Assembly: GCA_033720815.1 (NCBI GenBank)
Contig: JAWWBT010000001.1
Coordinates: forward strand, 4,168-68,167
Direction of reading: 5' to 3'
Source of the DNA: Gammaproteobacteria bacterium
GTDB lineage: Bacteria > Pseudomonadota > Gammaproteobacteria > Natronospirales > JAJUFS01
Length of the DNA: 64,000 nucleotides
In this document: piece after piece, positions 1 to 9,251 of the stretch
Numbering within the stretch: the first letter of the stretch is position 1
How the letters are laid out: the number at the start of each line of letters is the position of its first letter
Notes under the pieces: generated by a model
The model's input: only the letters and a program-made list of their open reading frames with translations
The model's database searches: none
What the model was told of the DNA's origin: nothing
Made by a program: the position numbers and the translations under genes

Positions 1-937
1 CATTGAACAGGGTATTCACACCGGTAATCGCGGTGAATTCCTCGCTGTTCAGCGTCTTCACGAACGCCTTCATGTCGCGAGGATTGGTGATCAGGATATT
101 CAGCCCGCCCAGGTTCATGAACAGCAGGCAGTTCACCGTCAGCGAGAAGATGTGATAAAGCGGCAAGGCAGTAATGATCTTCTCGTTGCCTTCCTCGAAC
201 ATGTCGCCAGCCCAGACCTTGAGCTGCAGGAAGTTGGCGATCATGTTGCCGTGGGTCAGCACCGCGCCCTTGGAGACACCGGTGGTACCGCCGGTGTACT
301 GCAGGAAGGCGGTGTCGTCACGCTCAACGTCAACATCTTCCAGGGTCTGCCACTTGCCTTCGGCAATCGCCTTCTTGAAGGAAATGGCATGCGGGATATT
401 CCAGCTCGGCACCATCTTCTTGATGCGCTTGACCACGAAATTGATCAGGGCCTTCTTCGGCTGAGGCAGCATGTCGCCGATCTGCGTGGTCACCACTGTT
501 TCCACTTCGGTCTTGTCGATGACCTTCTCAAGCGTCGCGGCAAAGTTCTCGAGGATCACGATCGCCTTCGCGCCGGAATCCTTCAGCTGGTGCTCGAGTT
601 CCCGGGCGGTGTAGAGCGGGTTCACATTCACGACGACCAGGCCTGCACGAAGCACACCGGCGAGTGCCACCGGGTACTGCAGCAGGTTCGGCATCATGAT
701 CGCGACGCGGTCACCCTTCTTCAGGCCCAGTGACTGCTGCAACCAGGCCGCAAAGTAACGGCTCTGCTGGTCCACGTCGGAATACGAAAGCACCGCGCCC
801 ATGTTGCTGAACGCCGGCAGGTCCTTGTACCGCTCAAAGCTCGTATTGAGCATGTCCTTCAGCGAGCGGAACTCGGTTACGTCGATTTCTTCAGGCACTC
901 CACTCGGGTAGTGCTTCAGCCAGACTTTTTCGACCAC
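1..937 (-). CDS. fadD: Long-chain-fatty-acid--CoA ligase (acyl-CoA synthetase), N-terminal part; gene continues beyond the window start
   Basis: Not in the ORF track because it is edge-truncated. Hand translation of the minus strand from GTG (937-935) gives [18 protein letters not shown]...[22 protein letters not shown]...[10 protein letters not shown], the AMP-binding signature of FadD-type ligases. AAGGAG lies 6 nt upstream of the GTG. Track ORFs 152..733(+) and 174..464(+) are antisense shadows. Confidence 0.85.
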   Translation of the reverse strand, partial: MVEKVWLKHYPSGVPEEIDVTEFRSLKDMLNTSFERYKDLPAFSNMGAVLSYSDVDQQSRYFAAWLQQSLGLKKGDRVAIMMPNLLQYPVALAGVLRAGLVVVNVNPLYTARELEHQLKDSGAKAIVILENFAATLEKVIDKTEVETVVTTQIGDMLPQPKKALINFVVKRIKKMVPSWNIPHAISFKKAIAEGKWQTLEDVDVERDDTAFLQYTGGTTGVSKGAVLTHGNMIANFLQLKVWAGDMFEEGNEKIITALPLYHIFSLTVNCLLFMNLGGLNILITNPRDMKAFVKTLNSEEFTAITGVNTLFN

Positions 938-1061
938 GGCGTGCTCCTTGGTTTTCTTGCAACGGCGCTGCGCTCCTGGACAGGCAGGCGTGAGTGCGAC
1001 AGCGACATGTCAGGGATGTCTGCTGCTAGATATAGCATCGGGGAATGATGGGGAGCAAGAA

Positions 1062-1083
1062 AGCCGGCGCGGAAACCGGCCTT
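1062..1083 (-). terminator. Weak hairpin after the MerR-family regulator
   Basis: AAGCCGG-N8-CCGGCTT inverted repeat directly after the stop codon at 1086-1088. The downstream tail on the minus strand (TCTTGCT) is T-poor, so termination may be partial and read-through into fadD is possible. Confidence 0.3.
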
Positions 1084-1085
1084 AA

Positions 1086-2015
1086 TCAATCGTCGCGGTG
1101 GCCCAGTTCGGTACCAAGTCGAGCCAGGCCCTTCTCGATATCCTCACCCAGCGCTATGGCGCCGGCACGCGTGATCGCATCACGGTGCTTGACCGAGGTA
1201 AGCCCACCGACTGCCACCGGGATATCCATCTGTTTCACCAGCTCCGGCAGCTCCTTGTCGAGGATGCGTGGAAGCGGCGAGATCGACCCGGAAAGCACGA
1301 TGCAATCGGCACTGCTGCGCTTTGCGGCCGTCGGCAGTTCATCGAGTGGCAGGTCGGAACCGAGCAGGATCATGCGGTAATCGTGCGTAACCGCGCTGAG
1401 CGCAAACAAAAGCAGGCCGATTTCGTGCTGTTCGCCCGGGAAACAGGCACCGAGCAGCTTCGGCCCACGCACGTTGCGCGTGCGGTGGTGGAAACGGGCG
1501 CCGAGCTTGTTGCGGAGGTAGACGCCAAAGAAATGCTCTTCCGCGATGCTCCCTTCGGCGGTTTCCCAGCGGCGGCCAAGTTCGCGCAGCAGCGGGATGA
1601 CGAGACGGCGGGTGACCTCACTGACGGGGTATAGCGACAACGCCTCGTTGTAGGTATCTTCCAGGTCTGCCTCGTCAAAACGGATGATCGCGGCGATCAT
1701 GCGACCGCGATACCGCGACCAGGCATCGCCGGACTGGCCATCTTCCTGTGCCGCTTCCTGGCGCTCCAGCGCATCACGGACCTGGCCGATGGACACACCC
1801 TTGTCGAGCAGGGCCAGGATTCGGTTTATGAGGTCGATGTCTTCCCGCGAATAGAGACGGTGCCCTTTCGGGGTGCGCTGCGGCTTGATCAGGCCGTAGC
1901 GTCTTTCCCACGCGCGCAGGGTGACCGAGTTGACCCCGGTCAGGCTCGAAACCGTACGGATCGGATAGAGATCCCCCTCCGCTCGCGCTTCCTGTTTTTT
2001 GGCCGTTTCGCTCAT
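1086..2015 (-). CDS. MerR-family, cobalamin-binding light-responsive transcriptional regulator (CarH/LitR class)
   Basis: Track ORF of 309 aa. It has an N-terminal MerR HTH (YPIRTVSSLTGVNSVTLRAWERRYGL). It then carries RRW-ETAEGSIAE-EH (W-x9-E-H) and GEQHEIGLL (E-x-H-x-x-G), the two signatures of AdoCbl-binding photoreceptor regulators. Confidence 0.8.
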   Translation of the reverse strand: MSETAKKQEARAEGDLYPIRTVSSLTGVNSVTLRAWERRYGLIKPQRTPKGHRLYSREDIDLINRILALLDKGVSIGQVRDALERQEAAQEDGQSGDAWSRYRGRMIAAIIRFDEADLEDTYNEALSLYPVSEVTRRLVIPLLRELGRRWETAEGSIAEEHFFGVYLRNKLGARFHHRTRNVRGPKLLGACFPGEQHEIGLLLFALSAVTHDYRMILLGSDLPLDELPTAAKRSSADCIVLSGSISPLPRILDKELPELVKQMDIPVAVGGLTSVKHRDAITRAGAIALGEDIEKGLARLGTELGHRDD

Positions 2016-2021
2016 GGTTTA

Positions 2022-2027
2022 ATTATA
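2022..2027 (-). promoter_or_regulatory. Candidate -10 element (perfect TATAAT) for the regulator gene, compatible with a leaderless mRNA
   Basis: The minus strand reads gtgTATAATtaaaccATG. Only 6 nt separate the hexamer from the ATG at 2015 and there is no Shine-Dalgarno. No convincing -35 was found. Confidence 0.4.
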
Positions 2028-2040
2028 CACAATTTATACA
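2023..2040. promoter_or_regulatory. Candidate operator: two TTATACA direct repeats with 11-bp phasing in the divergent regulator/SDR promoter region
   Basis: TTATACA occurs at 2023-2029 and 2034-2040. The first copy overlaps the TATAAT. The architecture is related to the TGTACA repeats at 9252-9279. Confidence 0.45.
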
Positions 2041-2104
2041 AAGAGTGTGAAACACCTGAATTACTGTATCATCATCCATTCAAGTCTCTTACACGGAGGA
2101 CTCC

Positions 2105-2875
2105 ATGGATAGCCTCGCCAATCGCATTGCCTGGATCACCGGCGGCGGCACCGGCATAGGGCGCGCCGTTGCACTGCGCCTGGCCCGGGACGGCTGGATT
2201 GTAGCCATTTCGGGGCGCCGCGAAGAGCCGCTGCAGGCCGTCGTCGACGAAGCCTCCGAGCTCGAGGGCCGCATCCACGCGGTCCCCTGCGACGTGACCG
2301 ACCGCGATGCCTGTACTCGTGCAGCGCAACAGATCGAGGAAGAGATCGGCCCATTGCACCTCGTGATCCTGAACGCGGGCACCTTCACCAGGTTCAAGCC
2401 ACTGGAGGATTTCGACGCTGCCTCCTTCGACAAGCATTACGCGGTAAATTTCTTCGGCGTCATCAATGGCATCAATGCGGCCCTGCCGTTGCTGAAGCAG
2501 CGGCGGTCCGGCCATATCGTGATCATTTCCAGCGTGTCCGGTTACCGCGGCCTGCCGCTGGCTGCGCCTTATGGCAGCAGCAAGGCAGCCTTGATCAACC
2601 TCGCCGAGTCGCTGAAGTTCGACCTGGCATCGGCTGGCATCGACATTACGGTGGTCAACCCCGGGTTTGTCGATACCCCGCTGACCGAGCAGAACCGCTT
2701 CTCGATGCCGGCAATCACCGATACCGCCGTGGCGGCCGATCGCATCGTGAATGGCATCTACCGCGGCAAGTTCGAGATCACCTTCCCGCGGCGATTCACG
2801 TATTTCCTTAAGCTTCTGCGCATGCTGCCGTACCGCCTGTACTTCCCGATCATGCGCAAGTTCACCGGGCGCTGA
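2105..2875 (+). CDS. Short-chain dehydrogenase/reductase (SDR) family oxidoreductase
   Basis: Track ORF of 256 aa with the TGGGTGIGRA glycine-rich motif and the PYGSSKAAL (Y-x3-K) catalytic motif. GGAGGA lies upstream of the ATG. Confidence 0.85.
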   Translation: MDSLANRIAWITGGGTGIGRAVALRLARDGWIVAISGRREEPLQAVVDEASELEGRIHAVPCDVTDRDACTRAAQQIEEEIGPLHLVILNAGTFTRFKPLEDFDAASFDKHYAVNFFGVINGINAALPLLKQRRSGHIVIISSVSGYRGLPLAAPYGSSKAALINLAESLKFDLASAGIDITVVNPGFVDTPLTEQNRFSMPAITDTAVAADRIVNGIYRGKFEITFPRRFTYFLKLLRMLPYRLYFPIMRKFTGR

Positions 2876-2892
2876 TCACTAGGAGGACGCAG

Positions 2893-3339
2893 ATGGATTG
2901 CCATGCAGCCCTGGCCCGCTATGCCGAACTGTTCGAGACGGTTTCACCGGACGTGCTGGACCGGCTCGACGATTACTTTGCGGCTGATGCCCGCTTCAAG
3001 GATCCGTTCAATGACGTGCGTGGGCTGGAGAGAATCCGGCACGTCTTCCAGCGCATGTTCGAGACCTGCCTGGACATCAGTTTCTCGGTGCATGAACGGT
3101 TCCTCGAGGGCCATGGCGACGGCAATACCGCCTGCCTCACCTGGACAATGACCTTCCGTCCGGATGTCGCTGGCCAGCGCGGCAAGACCTGGGAAATCCA
3201 CGGTGCATCACGAATCACCTTCGATGCCTCGGGTCGAGTTACCGAGCACATCGATTACTGGGATTCAGGCGAATACTTCTATGCGAAGCTGCCATTCATT
3301 GGCGCGATCATTCGCGCGGTAAGGCGCCGGGTCGGTTAA
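2893..3339 (+). CDS. NTF2/SnoaL-like fold protein (function unknown)
   Basis: Track ORF of 148 aa with AGGAGG 6 nt upstream. It is tightly packed between the SDR and HAD genes. The fold assignment is by size and composition only. Confidence 0.6.
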   Translation: MDCHAALARYAELFETVSPDVLDRLDDYFAADARFKDPFNDVRGLERIRHVFQRMFETCLDISFSVHERFLEGHGDGNTACLTWTMTFRPDVAGQRGKTWEIHGASRITFDASGRVTEHIDYWDSGEYFYAKLPFIGAIIRAVRRRVG

Positions 3340-3341
3340 CC

Positions 3342-4052
3342 ATGCACGATATACGCCTCATCACTTTCGATCTCGACGACACGCTCTGGGCCATCGCGCC
3401 AATCATCGAGCGAGCAGAGCGCCGCCTGCACGAATGGCTGCTCGCACACTGCCCGCGGGCCGCCTCGACCTACAGTCCGGCCGCGCTGCGTGGCCTGCGT
3501 GTCGAAGTCGAATCACTGTTCCCGGAGCACCGTGACGACATCAGCGCCCTGCGCCGCGAATCAATCCGGCTGGCACTGCAGCGCTGCGCGGGGCCGGTAC
3601 ACCGCACCGACGAAGCCTTCGACACTTTCTGGCAGGCTCGCAACGAGGTGGAATTCTTTGCCGACGTCATGCCGGTACTGGATCGCCTGAAGCCGGATTA
3701 CACGCTTGCTGCAATCAGCAACGGCAACGCCTGCATCGAGTTGACCGGGCTCTCCACCCATTTCGATTTCGGCCTGAGTGCCCGCGACGTCGGCGTGATG
3801 AAACCGGGAAAAGATATCTTCCTGCGCGCAGCGAGCGAAGCTGGCGTCACGCCGGACCAGGTATTGCACGTGGGTGACGATATCGATGCCGACGTGCACG
3901 GCGCGCTGGGTGCCGGCATGCACGCGGCCTGGCTCGATCGCGAAGGCCGTGAGCCGGTGTCGTTACCTGAACACGTGATACGCATCCGCGACCTTCACGC
4001 CCTGCAGGATCACCTGGAAGGCACACGCGGTAACGCCGTCAGGGCTTCTTGA
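3342..4052 (+). CDS. HAD-superfamily hydrolase
   Basis: Carries FDLDDTLW (DxDxT motif I), AISNGN (motif II) and VGDDIDADV (motif IV). It starts 2 nt after the upstream stop. Confidence 0.85.
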   Translation: MHDIRLITFDLDDTLWAIAPIIERAERRLHEWLLAHCPRAASTYSPAALRGLRVEVESLFPEHRDDISALRRESIRLALQRCAGPVHRTDEAFDTFWQARNEVEFFADVMPVLDRLKPDYTLAAISNGNACIELTGLSTHFDFGLSARDVGVMKPGKDIFLRAASEAGVTPDQVLHVGDDIDADVHGALGAGMHAAWLDREGREPVSLPEHVIRIRDLHALQDHLEGTRGNAVRAS

Positions 4053-4578
4053 AGAACAGCGTTATCTCGCCGACGGTAAATCCGAACTTCGAGAATTCTG
4101 CCCTGTTTACCAGCACGTCATCTTCGTGCAGGTACATCCAGTCGTTGAACCAGAAATTCCACGTGTCACCATCGACAGGAACCTGCAGGCTGTACTGCCA
4201 GTTAAGGGCGTTGCCGTAGGCCTCGCCTGTCGCCACACCATTCACGTCAGCGGCGCGACCTTCGTAACCATGCTCCCCGACCGGCGTGATGCGCCACTCG
4301 CGGTAGTCCGTCTCGCCGTCGTCGTAGATGAAATCTTCCTTCAGCACGAAGACATCGCCATCCCACTCGCCGACCATGTCGACGGTAAAGCGGCGCAGCA
4401 CCTCGCCCGAACGATCCTGCACGATTCCCCAGGCGCGAGTTTCGCCGGCGAAGTATTTCTCGATACGGAACTCGGGTTTTTCACCGGCATAGATTTCCGG
4501 GTCGGTCGCACAACCGCCCAGGCCGAGTGCAATGACGATTACCGCTGCAGGCAGCAGGCGAGTGAGCAGTTTCTTCAT
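4039..4578 (-). CDS. DUF3833-like lipoprotein
   Basis: Track ORF of 179 aa with a signal peptide and lipobox (LGLGGC). Its start overlaps the MFS stop (ATGA). Family recognised from EKPEFRIEKYFAGETRAWGIVQDRSG. Confidence 0.7.
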   Translation of the reverse strand: MKKLLTRLLPAAVIVIALGLGGCATDPEIYAGEKPEFRIEKYFAGETRAWGIVQDRSGEVLRRFTVDMVGEWDGDVFVLKEDFIYDDGETDYREWRITPVGEHGYEGRAADVNGVATGEAYGNALNWQYSLQVPVDGDTWNFWFNDWMYLHEDDVLVNRAEFSKFGFTVGEITLFFKKP

Positions 4579-5909
4579 GATGTCGCTCCTTGCGCACCGT
4601 TGGCAGCAATGCGATCACGCAATGCCTGCTGGCGCGCTTCGTCCAATGGAAAATCCCAGACCAGCCATGTCGAGGCCAGCTTGAACAGCACCGGCAGGCC
4701 GCCATACATCAGCGCCAGCGCCATGAGGCCGCCGTTTTCAGCGGCACCGGACTGCGGGTCAAACCCGGCCAGTTCGAGCAACGGAAAGGCAATGCCGACT
4801 GCCAGCGCGAGCGAAAGCTTCGTCGCCATGCTCCACAGGCCGAAATAGAGACCAGCCCGGCCGCCACCGCCTTCAGCGGTGTCTTCATCGACCACGTCAG
4901 CCTGGATGGATGCGGGCAGGGCCTGGTCGACACCGAGGCTGACCCCCGACAGCACGCAGATCGCCATGAACCACCAGATATCACCCGCGCCCAGGAACGG
5001 CACCCAGACAAATACCAGCGACGCCCACAGCATCGAGGCGATCCACACACGGTGCTTGCCGAAACGGCCGGCAAGGTTCAGCCACAACGGCAGGGACACG
5101 ACTCCGGCAAGGAAGTAAACGCCGAGGTAGATTCCGGTCCATTCCTGCTTGTCGAGAACGTGATTCACGAACAGCAGGAAAAGTGAGGCGGGCAGGCCAT
5201 TGGCCAGGCCGTTCAGGAGGTAGGCGACCAGCAGTCGCGTGAAGGACCGGTTCTTCTTCAGGATCTTCCAGCCATCTTTCAGGTTGACCGTTTCGGTTCG
5301 CTGGCGGGGTTCCCGGATAGCTGCAAGCAGTGCAATGACGGCAAGCGGAATCACGACAAGGAGGAACCAGGCAAGCACTCGCAATGCCTCGCCGCGTGGC
5401 ACGCCCTGGTACTCGAGCACGCCGGGAATTCCCACCGCAAGCAACGTACCCAGGATCACGAAACCTTCACGCGACACCGTGATGCGCGAGCGCACGTGGT
5501 AGTCATCGGAAATTTCTGCACCGAGCGCGGTATACGGCAGGATGACCAGTGTCCAGCCGAGGTAGGTGACGAGACTCCACAGCAACAGGTAGCCGGCACC
5601 GGCGTCGGTCGGCGGTACAAACAGGTACCAGCTCCCGGCCATCAGCATCGGCGCGCCGGCCAGCAACCAGGGGTAACGTCTTCCCCAGCGCGTCGGCAGG
5701 TAATCCGATGCGGTACCGATCAGGGGATCGGTGAACATGTCCACCAGCCGCGCCACCAGCAGAACGGTACCAACCGTGCCGATCGCGATGCCGATATCTT
5801 CCGCAAAGAATGTCGGGAGGTACACATAGAGCGGCAGGCCCAGCACGGCAAGCGGTACGCCGAGCAGGCCGTACGCGAGTAGCCGCGGCCAGGTAAAACG
5901 CTGTGACAT
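4575..5909 (-). CDS. MFS transporter (GPH/MelB-like)
   Basis: Track ORF of 444 aa with about 12 hydrophobic segments and the PTRWGRRYPW loop motif. Its start shares one nt with the upstream stop (TGATG). Confidence 0.8.
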   Translation of the reverse strand: MSQRFTWPRLLAYGLLGVPLAVLGLPLYVYLPTFFAEDIGIAIGTVGTVLLVARLVDMFTDPLIGTASDYLPTRWGRRYPWLLAGAPMLMAGSWYLFVPPTDAGAGYLLLWSLVTYLGWTLVILPYTALGAEISDDYHVRSRITVSREGFVILGTLLAVGIPGVLEYQGVPRGEALRVLAWFLLVVIPLAVIALLAAIREPRQRTETVNLKDGWKILKKNRSFTRLLVAYLLNGLANGLPASLFLLFVNHVLDKQEWTGIYLGVYFLAGVVSLPLWLNLAGRFGKHRVWIASMLWASLVFVWVPFLGAGDIWWFMAICVLSGVSLGVDQALPASIQADVVDEDTAEGGGGRAGLYFGLWSMATKLSLALAVGIAFPLLELAGFDPQSGAAENGGLMALALMYGGLPVLFKLASTWLVWDFPLDEARQQALRDRIAANGAQGATS

Positions 5910-7141
5910 CAGGAAGCCTCGCGCTCAAGCACGACCTGCATCACATCGGTGCGGTGATTGCGAAAGCCTGTTTCGCAATACTTCAGGTAGTAGTGCCACA
6001 TGCGCAGGAAGCGTTCATCGAAACCCTGCGCGATGATGTGGTCACGCACTGCGAAGACGCGCTTGTTCCAGCGCGAAAGCGTTTCCGCATAATCGAGGCC
6101 GTAGAATTCGCGCGCTGTTCTCTTGAGGCCGGCCTTTGCGGCAACACGATCGAAAACGCGCGGTGATGGCAGCATGCCGCCGGGGAAGATATAGCGCTGG
6201 ATGAAATCGACACCCTTGCGGTAGCTGTTGAAATCATCGTCATCAATGGTGATGACCTGGAGGGCTGCACGACCACCCGGCTTGAGTCGCTCGCGCACGG
6301 TGCGGAAATAGGACGGCCAGTATTCTTCTCCTACAGCCTCGAACATCTCGCAGCTGGCGATGGCATCAAACTGGCCCTCGGTATCGCGATAGTCCTGCAG
6401 GCGGAATTCGATGCGATCGGCAACGCCCACCTGCTCGGCACGTGCGCGCGCCTCTTCAAGCTGCTCGGTCGACAAGGTGATCGAGGTTACCCGGCAACCG
6501 GTAGCCTTCACGGCTTCGATCGCGAAGCCACCCCAGCCGGAACCGATCTCGAGCAGGTGCGAATCCGCGGTCAATTGCAGCGGTTCGCGCAGGCGACGGT
6601 ACTTTTCCCGCTGCGCTGATTCGAGGTCCTGGTCATCGGCGGTGAAGATCGCCGATGAATACGTCATCGTTTCATCAAGCCACAGGCGATAGAAATCGTT
6701 ACCAAGGTCGTAGTGGTACGAAATGTTGTCACGACTCTTCGATTTCGAGTTGCGACGACGCCAGTGGTAGATCACGTCCGCGATACGCGCGAGCCACTTG
6801 CCCGCTTCGACGCCCTGCAGTTCGTCACGATTGGTATCGAGCACGGTAAGCAGGTCGAGCAGTTTCGGCGTATCCCAGTCGCCCTCCATGTAGCCTTCGG
6901 CGAAACCCAGGTCACCACGGCGAAGAATGCGGCTGACTGCCGCTTCGTCCCGGATCACCCAGCGAGCAAATGGATGATTGCCCGTTTCACCTTCCGGCTG
7001 GCCGAGGACCACCTTCGCGCCACCAGGCAACTGCAACTCGATACCGCCCTTCTTCAGGCGCGACAGCGCGGCCAGCAACAGGCGTACCGGCAGGGACTGC
7101 CGTTCATCAAGACCGATAATCAGTGACCGTTCGTTCTGCAT
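5909..7141 (-). CDS. Cyclopropane-fatty-acyl-phospholipid-synthase-like SAM-dependent methyltransferase
   Basis: Track ORF of 410 aa with the SAM-binding motif LLEIGSGWGGFAIEA and the C-terminal WHYYLKYCETGF typical of CFA/mycolic-acid methyltransferase-like enzymes. Confidence 0.85.
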   Translation of the reverse strand: MQNERSLIIGLDERQSLPVRLLLAALSRLKKGGIELQLPGGAKVVLGQPEGETGNHPFARWVIRDEAAVSRILRRGDLGFAEGYMEGDWDTPKLLDLLTVLDTNRDELQGVEAGKWLARIADVIYHWRRRNSKSKSRDNISYHYDLGNDFYRLWLDETMTYSSAIFTADDQDLESAQREKYRRLREPLQLTADSHLLEIGSGWGGFAIEAVKATGCRVTSITLSTEQLEEARARAEQVGVADRIEFRLQDYRDTEGQFDAIASCEMFEAVGEEYWPSYFRTVRERLKPGGRAALQVITIDDDDFNSYRKGVDFIQRYIFPGGMLPSPRVFDRVAAKAGLKRTAREFYGLDYAETLSRWNKRVFAVRDHIIAQGFDERFLRMWHYYLKYCETGFRNHRTDVMQVVLEREAS

Positions 7142-7902
7142 GCTTCCGTGACCTCGTGCGCCGGGGGTTCCGGCTTGCGGTGAAAACGTGCACCCCTTAG
7201 CCAGAGCTTCAGGGCTTGCCAGTGGATCATCGCGACAACCTTAATGGTCATCAGCGGCACAGCGAAAAAGGCGCGCAACAGCTGCATATCGGTAAGCGGC
7301 ACACGGTGACCGCTCAGGGTCGCCACGAGCATGCGCTCGCCTTCTTCGTATTCGTCAATCAGCACGCGCATCTGCTGGCCGGGCGCGGCGATGGTGAAGC
7401 GATATTCCATACCCATGCCGATGAAGGGCGAAACATGGAACTGCTTCTTAACACTGTAGACCGTACCCTCGCGCAACGCTGAGCCATCCGGTTCGGCGAC
7501 AAGGTAGTGATGCTTTTCACCGAACGTATTGCGCACCTCGTAGATCACGGCACGCAGGCTGCCGTCGCGGTGATGGCAGAACCACAGGCTGAGCGGGTTG
7601 AACACGAATCCGAGAACGCGCGGAAAGCACAGCAATTCGATCTTGCCGCCATCGAGTCCGATACCCTTGCGTGCCAGCAACGTCACGGCCCAGTGGCGCA
7701 GGTCACCGCCATCTGCCGGGCCATGATCCTTCGGGTGGAAGCTGAACAGGTTGAAGCCACCCACCGAAAAAAGACGCATGCGAGTCGCAAGCTCTCCCAG
7801 GCGATCGATATCGACAAGCAGGCTGAACACGCGATAGACGAAGCGGTAACGCTTCGGGATCAGTCGCATGTGCATCACCTTGCTGCGGTAGAGCGCGTTC
7901 AT
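7120..7902 (-). CDS. DUF1365 family protein
   Basis: The track ORF (7120..8094) is trimmed to the ATG at 7902, one nt after the upstream stop (7904-7906). The product then begins MNALYRSKVMHMRLIPKRYRFVYRVFSLLVDIDRL, typical of DUF1365. The longer form would overlap the upstream gene by 190 nt. Confidence 0.75.
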   Translation of the reverse strand: MNALYRSKVMHMRLIPKRYRFVYRVFSLLVDIDRLGELATRMRLFSVGGFNLFSFHPKDHGPADGGDLRHWAVTLLARKGIGLDGGKIELLCFPRVLGFVFNPLSLWFCHHRDGSLRAVIYEVRNTFGEKHHYLVAEPDGSALREGTVYSVKKQFHVSPFIGMGMEYRFTIAAPGQQMRVLIDEYEEGERMLVATLSGHRVPLTDMQLLRAFFAVPLMTIKVVAMIHWQALKLWLRGARFHRKPEPPAHEVTEACRTNGH

Positions 7903-7903
7903 G

Positions 7904-9241
7904 TCAGCTTGCCTTCCGGAACTCTGGCACTTCCACACCGGAATCGGTTTCATTCCACGGTGGCCGCAACCCGAAGTGCTCGGCCACTCGCACGGCAGAG
8001 CGGAAACCATCCTCATGGAAACCATAGCCAGTCCACGCGCCGGCAAAGTAGAGATGCGGCCCCTGGATGTCGTCGAGCCGCTGCTGGGCTGCAACCGCTG
8101 ATGAGTCGAACACGGGGTGCTGGTAAGTAGCCCGATACATGACCTTGTCCGGGTCGGGTTCTCGCAGCGGGTTCAGGGACACGATGTAGTGGCGATCGGA
8201 CTCGATCGACTGCAACCGGTTCATCCAGTAGCTGACGGAAACATCGCCGCTGCCGTCCATTGCGTCATCGGCGAGGTAATTCCAGGACGACCATGCGAGG
8301 CGCCGCTGCGGCATGAGGGACGTGTCGCTGTGCAGGAAGGCTTCGTTGGGTTGTGTCTGGAACGCACCCAGCAATTCACGTTCGCGCTCGTTCGCATCCT
8401 GCATCATGGCCAGCGCCTGCGGTGCATGACAGGCAAGCACGACACGATCGAACGTGTCGCTGCGGCCGTCCGCGCTGGTCACCGTGACGGCATCGGCTTC
8501 GCGCCTGACAGCGACTACCGGCGTCGCGATTCGCACTTCGCCCGGAAAATCCGCCAGCAGGCGCTTGATGTATTCGTGGCTGCCGCCCACAACGGTACGC
8601 CACTGCGGTCGATTATTGACGCTGAGCAGGCCGTGGTTTTCGAAGAACTTCGCGAAACTCCTGGCAGGAAACTTCAGCATGGTGTCGGCCGGGCAACTCC
8701 AGATCGCGCCGCCCATGGGCAGGAGGTAGTGGTATCGGAAACGCGCGGAAAAACGGCCGGCATCGAGGTATTCACCCAGCGTCTGCTCGCCGAATCCGTC
8801 GCTGGCCAGGGTCGCGAGCGTTTCACGATTGAAGCGGAGAATTTCCAGCAGCATCCGCCAGTGGCGTGGTCGCAGGAGATTGCGACGCTGCGCGAAGAGC
8901 GTGTTCAGGTTGTCGCCGGCGTACTCCAGCGCACCTTCGGCGATGCTTACGCCAAAGGACATGTCGGAGGCCTGCGTCGGCACCTTGAGCCAGTTGAACA
9001 GGGCGGTCAGCAGCGGATAGTTCTTCTCGTTGTACACGATAAAGCCCGTATCGACCGACACCTCACCACCGCGCTCACGAACGGTCACCGTGTTCGTGTG
9101 GCCACCGAGGCGCTCCGCAGATTCGTAAAGCGTGACATCGTGCCCGCGCGACAGCAGCCAGGCACTGCCGAGGCCACTAATGCCTGCGCCAATGACCGCG
9201 ACGCGTTCTCGCGTTCCGTGAGAGCTGTATTCCCGTGACAT
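7904..9241 (-). CDS. FAD-dependent oxidoreductase, amine-oxidase/desaturase-like
   Basis: Track ORF of 445 aa with the dinucleotide-binding motif VAVIGAGISGLGSAWLL...LYE...RLGGH. AGGAA lies upstream of the ATG. Confidence 0.85.
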   Translation of the reverse strand: MSREYSSHGTRERVAVIGAGISGLGSAWLLSRGHDVTLYESAERLGGHTNTVTVRERGGEVSVDTGFIVYNEKNYPLLTALFNWLKVPTQASDMSFGVSIAEGALEYAGDNLNTLFAQRRNLLRPRHWRMLLEILRFNRETLATLASDGFGEQTLGEYLDAGRFSARFRYHYLLPMGGAIWSCPADTMLKFPARSFAKFFENHGLLSVNNRPQWRTVVGGSHEYIKRLLADFPGEVRIATPVVAVRREADAVTVTSADGRSDTFDRVVLACHAPQALAMMQDANERERELLGAFQTQPNEAFLHSDTSLMPQRRLAWSSWNYLADDAMDGSGDVSVSYWMNRLQSIESDRHYIVSLNPLREPDPDKVMYRATYQHPVFDSSAVAAQQRLDDIQGPHLYFAGAWTGYGFHEDGFRSAVRVAEHFGLRPPWNETDSGVEVPEFRKAS

Positions 9242-9251
9242 GAGGTGTTCC

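Noticed and set aside
152-733. 193-aa plus-strand ORF at the window start.
   Set aside because: The opposite strand encodes an uninterrupted FadD-type acyl-CoA ligase N-terminus with the AMP-binding signature and a Shine-Dalgarno/GTG start at 937.
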